DNA of 63,995 nucleotides, counting the filler, from Fonticula-like sp. SCN 57-25 (Eukaryota), in the NCBI GenBank assembly GCA_001724245.1. It is 5 parts of 5 records of this genome, joined end to end, with 100 filler letters (N's around TTAATTAATTAA, not from the genome) between each part and the next. Parts side by side here need not be neighbours in the genome. Positions count along the whole stretch, not along the records: positions 1 to 13,780 come from MEDX01000171.1; positions 13,881 to 27,416 come from MEDX01000173.1; 3 more parts are not named here. One strand, written 5' to 3'. The translations under genes were made by a program, and so were the position numbers. Below, in pieces: positions 13,321-24,147 of the stretch; the first letter of the stretch is position 1, and the number at the start of each line of letters is the position of its first letter. The notes beneath the pieces were generated by a model. That model saw only the letters and a list, made by a program, of their open reading frames with translations, did not search any database and was not told the DNA's origin.

Positions 13321-13450
13321 GAAACCCATACTTTGTGCCAATATTGAGGTTTTGGGGCTTCTTTTTTTACATGAACAAGTTTTGGCCATGCTTTTGCTTG
13401 GTTCAACCTAGCGAACGCCGGCGGTGGGTGGTTTCTTTCGTCGGTTCTTC

Positions 13451-13780
13451 CTAACCTCGGGATTGGTTCACCCTCACTGCGTCAAAGGCGTTGGTCACTG
13501 ACGCACAATTCGGGCGTACTTTACAAGGCCAATAGTGCCACATGCCCGGTACCAGGAGCACGCGGGACATGTTCGACCTGGCAACAATCTTTTGTGCCCG
13601 TGCGTAGATCGACTGGTCGCACACCACCTGCACCGTGCTGCTCCTCGACCGGCGCAAAAAGTCCTCCAGCGCCGTCTTGACGCCGACATCGGTCGTCGCC
13701 GTTCCCTCGACGCAGGGCAAGATGTGGGCCCTGAACGCCGGAGGCGTACAGCGGACTTCCTCCCGAAGCCGCTGCATGGC
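13451..13780 (-). mobile_element. Possible Academ/DUF6589-like transposase fragment at contig end
   Basis: ORF with VVCDQSIY...VLLVPGMWH, resembling the D-Q-x-x-Y ... G-x-x-H motif recalled for Academ-type transposases; truncated by the contig end. Confidence 0.4.
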
Positions 13781-13880
13781 NNNNNNNNNNNNNNNNNNNN
13801 NNNNNNNNNNNNNNNNNNNNNNNNTTAATTAATTAANNNNNNNNNNNNNNNNNNNNNNNNNNNNNNNNNNNNNNNNNNNN
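13781..13880. other. Artificial contig linker (N44-TTAATTAATTAA-N44)
   Basis: Six-frame stop linker between N runs. Confidence 0.98.
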
Positions 13881-13937
13881 AATGTACTCTTTTGCGCGTC
13901 AAAATAATAACTCTATGTATACAAAGAACAGCAGAAA

Positions 13938-14806
13938 CTATGATGATACAGAAGAAACACTAAAACAGCAAAGCGCATTGGCAGTCGTCCGCGTGGCGGT
14001 CTCTTCCATCGACCACTTTCGCACGTCGGCGATCAGCGCGCACATGCTCACAAGCTCCTTGTCCATGGACTCTGCGCCATCGTCAGCGAAAATCCAAAAA
14101 AAGTGCAGCGCGCACCTACGCCTTCGCGATCCGTTTCCAAAAGTATCCGGTCCTCGGGAATTAGAGCAATAAGCTCCCGCGTCTTGTCCTCGTTGCGCGT
14201 GTTGATGCAGGCGGAGAAACCGAAAAAGAGCCGCCTTCCCGCCCCGCCAGGAAGCTTGATCAGGGACTTTACAATGTCGGGCGATCCCCCGAAAGAGTGC
14301 AGCGCAATGGCGGGCGGCAGACGGCCGGCCATCGAGCGAGCTCGAAAAAAGTCCAAGAGGTACCCGTGCGCGCGCACGCAGTGGACAGAGACTGGGCGGC
14401 CCATCTCGGCGGCGAGATCGAGCTGCGCCTCAAACACAGGCAGCTGAAGCGCAAACTCGTTCCGTTTCGTGTCGACGGTGATCGCCACCTTGTCCAGCCC
14501 GATCTCGCCGACAATGCTGGTTGGGTCCGCTTTCAACCGCGCGCGCTGATCCTCCAGCCAATCGCCGATGCTCGCCGCGAACCTGTGCGCAAACCAGGGG
14601 TGGATCCCATAGCCCCCGCGCACCTTTGACGGACATGCCGCCACGCCTTCCGCCACCTGATCCCAGTCGTCAGGCCGCACGCCCATTGTTATCAGCGTGC
14701 GTGCGCCTAGGCTCTTTACGCTTTCCCAGCCGTCGGGGCCGCGCACCGTGTCGTGGACGTGGCAGTGCGTGTCGATCATCGCGGCCTCCCCCGCCATTGT
14801 TGTCAT
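13938..14806 (-). CDS. TatD-family nuclease (Cut9-interacting Scn1-like)
   Basis: MIDTHCH, GIHPWF, VGEIGLDK, SVHCVRAHG, LHSFGGS, RILLETD; one intron near the 3' end. Confidence 0.92.
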
Positions 14807-15108
14807 CGTTACTATGCAAACTGCAAACTGGTATCACGCAAACTGCAAACCGCGTGGCGATCAACAACATTCCTTTTTCTGTTTGGTCTTCAAAAGTCAC
14901 ATGTGATTTTCAGTCAGATCAGCTTTGGTCCGGCGCGCCGCCTTGTGTCGGAGTGTGTTTTTTTTGGTCTGCAAGGCAGTGCCATCGCAACCCTTTAGAG
15001 AACCGCACGTGAACCTGGCTATCGGCATCTCTGCCAGCAGCTGCGTGTTTTAGTGTTGGCCAGAGGAGAGGGGAAAAAAGCGCTAGCTCGCGGAGATTTT
15101 ACCCGGCC

Positions 15109-18100
15109 ATGGCGGCCCAGATGGAAGTGTCGCCGTACGAGGAGCGCTCGCATGCGCTGGCGACAACTCTGCTGAACAACCAGCCGACGGGGCTCTCGGT
15201 GAGCACCCTGGTTGACTCGTTCCTCGTGCTGTACGACGAGTGTACGAATACCGAGCTGCGGAGAGACAAGGTTATTGCCGAGTTTGTGAAAGAATGTGCG
15301 CACTTGCCGTTGTTTTCTCCTTTCCGCTGTGCGTTGAACGGGGCACTAAACGGGGTTTTGGTTTTCAGTCGACCCGCTTGTCAAGGAAGTCAGGTCGCAG
15401 CTGCTTAAGCGTGCGGACTTTGAGACGGTCAAGGTGATTGGTCGCGGCGCGTTTGGCGAGGTTCACCTTGTCAAGGCCAAGCAAAGCGGCAAGGTTTTTG
15501 CCCTCAAGATTTTGAACAAATGGGAGATGCTTAAGCGCCAGGAGACGGCGTGCTATAGGGAGGAGCGTCGCATTTTGCTTGAAGCGCGGTCCGACTTTTT
15601 GACTACGCTGCATTGCTGCTTCCAGGATGACAACTTTTTGTACCTCCTCATGGAGTACTACCCCGGCGGCGACCTGCTGACTCTGATGAGCAAGCAGGAG
15701 GAGTGCTTTGACGAAGACATGGCGCGCTTTTACACCGCAGAGACGATCCTCGCCGTTGAGGCAATGCACGGCCTTGGCTACATTCACCGCGATGTCAAGC
15801 CCGACAACATCCTCATCGAGCGCAGCGGCCACGTCCGCCTGGCGGACTTTGGCTCGTGCGCGTACGTCGGCCCGTCTGGCGTGCTTACCACCGCGGTCGG
15901 CATTGGAACGCCCGACTATGTTTCCCCCGAGTCGCTGGACGCGATGAACGGCAAGGGCGGCTACGGCAAGGAGACTGACTGGTGGTCCGTCGGCGTGATC
16001 CTCTACGAGATGCTCATGGGCGAGGCGCCTTTCTACGCCGAGTCGCTCATGGGCACGTACGCTGCCATCCACAACCACAAGGAGACCCTTATTTTCCCCG
16101 AGGACGTGGCGCTCACCGGCGACGTCAAGGACCTTATCCGCTCGTTCCTTACTGACCGCCAGAGCCGCCTGGGTTACCGCGGCACCGACGAGATCAAGGC
16201 GCACAGGTGGTTCAACAAGATCAGCTTTACGACGGTCCGCAAGAGCGAGCCGCCGTTCGTGCCGGAGCTCCAGAGCAACGACGACACGTCCAACTTTGAC
16301 GACTCGATGTTTGAGGACCGCCCGCCGGTGCTCGACACCAAGGAGCCCAAGCGCCGCCTCGCCTTTTCGGGCCACCACCTTCCCTTCATCGGCTTTTCGT
16401 TCATGCCCACGCTCTTTGACAAGTCCGGGGACACCTCGGACGGCTCCGCCGTCAAGAAGCTGCAGGGCCAGCTCGAGGCCGCCCAGGCAGAGTGCACCCG
16501 CCTCGCAAAGGGAGCGGCGAGCTCTGCCGCCGTCGATCCGGCCATCGCCGCCGAGCGTGACAGGTGCGATATTTATTACTTTTAGTACCATGATTTTAAC
16601 ATTTTTTGTTTGCTTTAGCCTTCGCGAGAAGCTTGCGGATGCCACGTCGACCATCGCGCTCCACTCCAAGGAGAAGGAGGTGCTGAACGGTAAGCTCGAG
16701 GCCGAGTCGAAGCGCTGCGCCCAGGCCGAGCAGGCGCAGAAGGACTCTGAGGCTGCGCTTGCGGCGCTCCAGGACCAGCTTAGCCACGTTTCGTCTTCCT
16801 CCGAGTCGCAGTCGTCGGCCGTGCGCGCCAAGGAGACCGAGATCAAGACGCTCAAGTCTGAGCTCGAGGCCCTCACCGAGGAAAAGTCTGAGCTGCAAAA
16901 GGCCCGCAAGGACCTCCAGGCGCAGCTGCTCACTCTGCAAGAGTCGTCCGAGCGCGAGGTCATTCTGCGCCAGCGCGCCGACAAGTCGCTCGCCAAGGTC
17001 AAGCTTGAGCTTGAGGAGGCCAAGAAGGCCAGCGCCGAGCAGGACTCTGCCAAGCTCGGCAATGTTTCCGAGCTCGAGGCGCGCCTGACGGCCGTCCAGA
17101 AGGAGCGCGACGCGCTGCAGGCCCAGCTCGACGCGCAGGCCGACCAGAACGACTCGGCGATTGAGGCGCTTGAGCGCAAGCTCGCTGACGGCAGCCGCAA
17201 CTACCAGTCGATCATCACCGACTTGAAGAGCGAGGTTGAGCGCCTGGCTGTCTCGCGCACCGCCTTCGAGACCGCCAATGCCAACATCCAGATGGAGATG
17301 GAGGTCCTCGGCTCGGAGCTGAGCAAGTCTGTGGACGACCTGTACGCCGCCCAGCGCCAGCGCGTGGAGGCCGAGGCGGCCCGCAAGGAGGCGGCCGACC
17401 GCATCAACATGCTCACGTCGGAGCTTGCCGACGCCCAGAAGGAGCTTGCTTCCCTGCGCGGTGCCGATAGCGAGTCCAACGTTGTGGTGCGCACGCTGCG
17501 CGCGCGCCTCACCGAGGCCGAGACGCTCTCGTCAAACCAGGCGTCCGAGCTCGTCGAGATTCGCTCGCGCGTAAAGTCGCTCGAGGCTGCGCTCGCCGAC
17601 GCCCCGGCGTCGGACGCTGGTTCGGCCGATGCCGGCGACATTGCCGAGCTGCACCGCCACCTCCAGGAGGCGCAGAACGCTCACCTTGAGCTGCTCGCCG
17701 AGGCCGACAAGCTTCGCTCCGAGCTCGCCGAGCGCGCTGTCATGCCCAACGGCGCCAGCGTCGAAGCGCAGATCGAGCCCCTTAAGCGCGAGGTCGAGCG
17801 TGAGCGCAAGCGCGCCAACGACGCCATGGATCTTGTCCGCAAGATGACGGCCGATATGGACGCGCTCGAGGAGCAGATGGACTCGCTCAACGAATCGGCG
17901 CAGGTCGCCAAGGACCGCATGAAGCGCGAGCTCGAGGAGGCCCAGGAGGCGCTCAACGCCGCCAACTCGGCGCGCGTTCACGCCGAAAACTCGCTCGCCA
18001 CCGTGCGCGCCGAGCGCAACACGCTCGAGGCGTCGTCCGCCGAGGCCGTCCGCAAGGTGTCCGAGGCCCAGAAGACGATTGCGAGCCTCGAGGCGCGCGT

Positions 18101-21100
18101 GAGCGAGCTGGCGGAGGCGGCTGGCGGCAGCCAGAACGAGGAGACTTTGACGAGCGTGACGGTCCGCGGCCTCGAGCGCGAGCTCCAGGTCCTTGAGGGC
18201 GAGCTTGACGCTGCCAAGGCGTCGCTCCGCGAATCTGAGGCTAGCCTGCGCGAGAAGGACGACGAGCTGGACGCGATGCAGCGCAACCTTGAGAGCCAGA
18301 CGGAGCGCGCAGAGACCGAGTCGCGCCGCGTCAAGACGCTCCAGAACGAGGTAACGCTTGCCCAGGAAGAGGCCGAGCGCGAGGCTTCTCGCCGCAAGGC
18401 CCTCGAGCGCGACAAGCGCTCGCTTGCTTCGGAGCTTGACGATGCGCGTGCTGCGATTGAGTCGTCCCGCGAAAAGACGGCGCACCTCGAGGCCAAGCTG
18501 GCCGACCAGGAGCGCATTGTTCGCGAGCTTGGCGGCTCGCTGCGCGGCCTCGAGGCCTCCAACAAGCAGCAGCTTGAGGCGTTCAAGATTGAGCGCTCTG
18601 CCTCGAACCTCACCAGCCGCCTGGCAACGTCGCCCGTGGTGCAGATGCGCCGCGCCGACGAGCTTGAGCGCAGCTACAAGGCCAGCCAGGAGGTGGCCGA
18701 GACCGAGCGCGCCCGCGCCAACAAGCTCTTTGCCCAGACCAAGGAGCTCGAGAGCGAGGTCGAGTCGCTCACGCTTGCGCGCCAGCAGCTTGAGCAGCGC
18801 CTCAACGACCTCACGTCCAAGTCCGAGCGCGAGGGCACCCTCAAGACCGAGCTGCACAAGGCGTCGGAAGAGTCGAAGCGCGAGTTTATGCAGCTGCAGG
18901 ACCGCGTCAGCGAGCTCATGCGCGCCAAGACCGAGCTCGAGGGCAAGTTGCGCCGCAAGGAGAACGAGGCCGTGCAGGCTTCCACCGAGCTTGCCGACGC
19001 CATGACGGCCCGCAAGCAGCTCTCGGAGCAGATCATTCAGCTGCGCGAGGAGAACGAGGCCGTGGATGCCAAGCTCATCAAGCTCAACATTGTGAAGCGC
19101 CGCCAGACTCAGGAGCTCGAGGCCCTGCGCGACCAGGTGTCGAGCAGCAGCCAGGCCGAGAAGCTCGTGGCGCACGTCAAGGAGCTCGAGGCCGAGCTCG
19201 AGGCCCGCGGCGCCAAGTGGGACGACTCGTACGAGGAGCGCTACCAGGCCTTTGTCAAGGAGCGCCGCGACCTGCACGCCGAGATGGAGAGCATGCGCGC
19301 CAAGGTCAAGGCGGTCGAGGGCGCCGTCTCGACGACTGAAGTCGAGACCAACGTCGCCGCCAAGGAGATGGAGGCGTTGCGCGCGTCGCTTGCCAAGGCC
19401 GACCGCCAGCTCGCCGACTCTGACGGCAAGCTGCAGGCCGAGCGCGCCCTTCGCGTCTCGGTCGAGGCCGAGGCGGACCTTGCGCGCAGCAAGCTCAACG
19501 AGCTGACTGCCCGCACCGACAAGCTGCGCCAGGAGAATGATGCGCAGCGCGCGCAGCTCGACTCCCTTTCGGGTGCCGATGTTGCCAGCGTCGACCGCCT
19601 CAAGCACCAGCTGTCTGAGCTCACCGACGAGCGCGACAACCTTGTCCGCCAGCTGCGCGATGCTCTTGCCGGCAGCACGTCCGACCTCACTCGTCAGGCG
19701 TCGCGCAAGACTCGCGACAACTGGCAGCAGAGCCGCGACGAGCGCATCAAGCTTCAGGAGATGCGCAGCCTGCGCCAGGATCTCGAGGTGACCATCCAGG
19801 CCAAGATCCAGGTTGAGAAGACGCTGCAGGAGGTGAGCCTCCAGAACGAGACGCTCCAGGAGGAGATTAAGAACCTGACTGGCCAGCTTGAGTCGCTCAA
19901 GGGCGAGCACACGGCGCTCCTGAACACGCGCCGCGCGCTTGGCGTCGGGGTGCCGAGCGTTACGACGCTTCCGCGCCAGACCTCGTCGGTGATGGAGATT
20001 GACACTCGCCCGTCCAAGCCCGAGCCGCGCCGCGTGGCGCCCCTTGTGTCGACCCCGAGCGAGGTCGGCGTTGGCGAAGGCCTGTCGAACACGACGCTTG
20101 ACGCTGCGACGCCGGTCGAGCCGCGCCCGCATCGCCTCGGCGCCCAGATTGTGTCGTTCAACACGCCGATGCGCTGCGACCACTGCCACACTATGCTCGT
20201 CGGCGCGATCCGCCAGGGTTACGCGTGCGACACGTGCGGCTGCAGCGTGCACGAGGCTTGCCGCGACGCGCTTGCTCCCAACTGCGGCGGCCACCGCGAC
20301 CACCGCGACTACCTTGAAGGTGTTCTTCGCGTGCCCAAGCCCAAGGGCATCCGCGCTGGCTGGCGCAAGATGTTTGTCGCGATCAGCGGCGACCAGATTC
20401 TGCTGTACAGCGCCGAGAACGACAAGCCTGCCGTGACGGCCGAGTATGTTATCAACGCGCTGCCCGACATGGCGATTTCGACCGTGACTGCGCAGGAGGT
20501 GATGCACGCGCAGCGCAAGGACGTTCCGCACATCTTCCGCCTGGGCGAGCCCGGCTCCGCCGATGTGCAGTACTTTTTGTGCACGTCGGACGCTGAACTT
20601 AACAAGTGGATGGCGGCCCTTCAGCGCCAGCAGAAGCGCCTGGACCCCGCGGCGCGCAAGCAGCGCATGTACGAGCCGCGCATTGTGCTCAACACCAAGA
20701 GCCTTGTTATCAAGGGCGGCGTCGTTTCGGCCTGCTACCAGCTGCCGTCTGGCAACCGCTACGTGATTGGCACGAGCGACGGCATTTACGTGAGCAAGCC
20801 CGGTGCCGCTATCAACACGCCGTCGTTCACGCAGGTCGGCGAGGTCAAGGCCGTCGTGCAGCTCGAGGTGCTTGTCAAGCAAAAGCTCATTGTCGCGCTT
20901 GCTGGCTCGAGCCGCTCCGTCCGCATCTGGCCGACGTCTGCGCTCGACGGCGTCCCGTCGTGGCCGATCCAGCTCGACATCACCAAGGGCGCGTCGACGT
21001 TCGCCATTGGCGAGTGCTTTGGCCGCACGATGATGGCCGTCGGCGTCAAGAAGCGCCTTATGATCTTTGAGCTCGACGCGCGCCACCGCTTCGCCAAGCT

Positions 21101-22163
21101 GTCCGACTCTGCGCTGCCCGATCAGGCGTCGTGCCTGCGCTTCTTTGGCGAGCGCCTCGTCGTCGGCCTTCCGTCGCTGCGCCAGTTCCGCGCGCTGGCG
21201 CTCGGCAACCTCGACAACCTCACGGCCGTGGAGATGCCGAGCCGCTCTGAGCCGCGCCTCGCGTGGATCAGCAGCACGAGCCACCTTGCCCCGGCGGCCA
21301 TCTTTGGCTTCAAGGACGAGCTGCTGCTCTGCTACAACAGCATCGGCGTGTTTGTCGACATTACGGGTCGCCAGACGCGCCCGCTCGAGCTGCGCTGGGC
21401 GTCTGCGCCGGTCGCCTTTGCCGTGCGCCACAACCACCTGCTCGTCTACAGCGCCGACGCCGTCCAGGTCATCTCGGTGGCCTCGGGCGAGACGGTCCAG
21501 TACGTCAGCGTGCCCGCCGTCACGGCCGTCCACGAGCGCATGCGCGTCATGGCGACCGGTGACGTCCTGCGCGACCTGCGCTACGTCGCCGCGCCGCTCG
21601 AGCCGGAGGACAAGGAAGAGTCGCCGTTCCCGCTCACGTCCGCCGTGCTCTCGGGAAGCAACCTGCCGCGCAGCATATCGGCACGCAGCATCACGTCGGA
21701 TCCGGCGAGCAGGCAGGCGCCGGCGGCAGCGCAGCCGACGGGCGCCAGGCCCACACTGCTGACTGTGCCTGGGCTGCCCACGCCGTACCACTCGGCGGCG
21801 GCGGCGGAAAAGTCGCCGACGTCGCCGGCTGTCCCGGCTGGTATCAAGCTGCCGCCGCCTCTCACTGTGCCGGCGGCGGTCGCCAAGCCCGCGGGTGTGC
21901 CGGCGCAGGCGGCCAAGCCCGCAGCGGCGCCAGCTCGCAAGGCGAGCAGCAGCAGCAGCTCGGATGACGACTCGGACGACTCGGACGACTCTGATGATGA
22001 TGACGACGACTCGGACGAGGAGGACCTGCCGCCGAGCGTGGCGGCAAAGCTTGCTGCTGAAAAGGCTAGCAAGGCCAGCACGGCCGCCGAGCCCGAGAGC
22101 AGCGAGTCGACTTTCTCGCTTTCGGCAGAGTCGGAGACGATGAAGTTCCTCAAGAGCTGGTGA
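15109..22163 (+). CDS. DMPK-family (MRCK/GEK-like) kinase: kinase, ~1100-aa coiled coil, C1, PH and CNH domains
   Basis: LVDSFLVLYDEC N-terminus, IGRGAFGEV, KILNKWEMLKR, HRDVKPDN, GTPDYVSPE, AGC tail FSGHHLPFIGFS. Then a long heptad region, C1 (HRL...CDHC...CDTC...HEAC...C), PH (GWRKMF) and a CNH propeller. Introns ~15296-15368 and 16563-16618. Confidence 0.93.
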
Positions 22164-22423
22164 TTTACCAAACGCATTCTCATTCACGTTTATTGTTTAT
22201 CGTTTATACCTTTTTTCGCTTCATTATTTTTATACCCTCTGTCGGTGCAAAGTGTAGTGCGCACGCACAAATAGAACATGCTTGCTATACAATAATTTAT
22301 CTGTGAGCACACAATTTTCAGTGCGAAAAAGTACACAATGAGTATCAAAGGAAATTAAATATGGTACGTTGCCACTTTGCACTTGTTTAAATATACTTCA
22401 AAATAGTTTTATTGTAACAATTT

Positions 22424-23771
22424 TCATGGCTTGATGTGGGCAAAGACGATGAGCTGCGAATCCGTCCCCGCAATCATCATATTATCCTGCGGATTGATAT
22501 CAAAGCAGTTGAACGACAGCACCGGCTGCGGCATCCTGTACCTCACCGGTGGCCTCGTGGCCGCAAACGAGTGCTGGTCCTGCCTCAGCCGCGACTGCGT
22601 CACCATAACAGTCGAGTCCTGCGAGCAGCTCACCGTCGTGTCACTCCCATTCGGATGATACTCGACGCCCCACACTATCAAAAAAAGGTTTGTTAGTCAT
22701 ATGCAAACTGATTCAGATTGCAGCCGTACCTGTCCTGGAGTGCACCTGCTGCTTTTCGATGGCGGGCATTTCTCCCGCGCGAATGTCGGCGTGCGTGACG
22801 AGCCCCGCGCTGTCGCCAAACACGAGCCTTGTCGGCTGGTTCGGGTGGCGGCTCACTGCCATTGGCTCGCCGCCGCGCGTGTCGGCGTCGGGGTTGCTCA
22901 ATGAAATGACTGGCGTGCCGCTGCGGAGATCCCAGAGGCGCACCGATCGCGAGTACGATCCGGTCGCGATCGTGTGCTCGTCGAGAAAGCACGCGCAGTG
23001 GACGGCGCCGAGGTCGGCTTCGAGGCGGAGCGACTCGGTTTGGTGGGCGATGCTGATGAGGGAGACGCCGCCGTCTTCGCCGCAGGAGAGGACGAGAGGG
23101 TCAAAGGACTGGGAGGTGGACTTGAGGACATCGACGCCGGTGCACGAGGCGGACTCGCCATTAGAGAAGCAGTGCTGAAAAAGAGTTAGAAAGGGAGTTT
23201 TAGAAAGAGAGAATGCCCAAGAAAAGAGTCACTACATGATCATGATGTCGCATGTGGCATGCGGTACAGTAACATGAGAATGATCACGATGCCCACTGTA
23301 CATTGCCTCGCTTCCACTTTCACTAGCACTTTCTCCCAATTATCCCTTTCTATTCACTCCATAATTGTGTTGTGCGCGTACCAAGGGGAGTTCGAGGGAG
23401 ACCTCGATGGTGTCGCGCTCTGTGATCTGGGCTAGCCGCACGATGCCGTCGCCCGTCGAAAAGAGAAAGCGGTGCGACGTGAGGAGCTCAATGTCCGTCA
23501 CGTCGGCGCCCACCTCGAGATAGACCTGGCGGCGGGGCTCGGGCGTCTGGGATGACGACCCGGCGAGCCGCCAAAGACTCACCGTGTTCGACTGGGGTGA
23601 TGACCGGTGAGCAACCGCCTTACAGAACGAAACAAAATTGCGTACACCAGAGCGCTCGTGCGAGCCTGTGAGAAAGCGACCACCGTCATTTGCGTACACG
23701 GAAGGGATCCAGCGGACGGACGAGACGAGATCGCCGACCGTCGCGTAGCCCGAAAACTCGTGCGTCTGCAT
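22424..23771 (-). CDS. NUP43: Nucleoporin Nup43-like WD40 protein
   Basis: VSSVRW, FLTGS, SCGEDGGV, LRLWDLR, RHPNQP, WGVEYHP, CSQDS, AGTDSQLI; introns present. Confidence 0.7.
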
Positions 23772-24147
23772 CGCTCCAAGCCGTCACCGACGCCCGCCAA
23801 TCCAAGTCAAGGGTGGAATCTGGGGTGAACCGCTGAAACGGAATCTGCCCCTGATTGTACCCCCAACTCGAGAGACATGGGACCTGCATAGGAACGTTAA
23901 CACTTGAACCATATGAGCTAATTGCACTGGAAGAATAGTACAAGAAGGAATAAAGAATATGATGATATACATTGAGCAGAGCACTGTGTACTAATATATC
24001 TGCTCATATGGATTCAGTTTAGGGGGTGTCTGTTTCAGGTCTTTTCATGTGGATGACATGGCGTCTGTCTTCTGCAAATGGATACAAAGTGACATTTGAT
24101 CTGTATGTCACTTTGTATCTAGACGCCCGCTGTGGTGGTGTGTGGTG

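Noticed and set aside
13825-13836. TTAATTAATTAA flanked by Ns, four times at ~13.6 kb spacing
   Set aside because: Artificial six-frame stop linker; the regular spacing reflects size-sorted contigs.
17532-22187. 1551-aa antisense ORF and other long shadow ORFs (e.g. 15365-17200, 4973-6421)
   Set aside because: They mirror the codon bias of GC3-rich sense genes and contain no recognisable domains.
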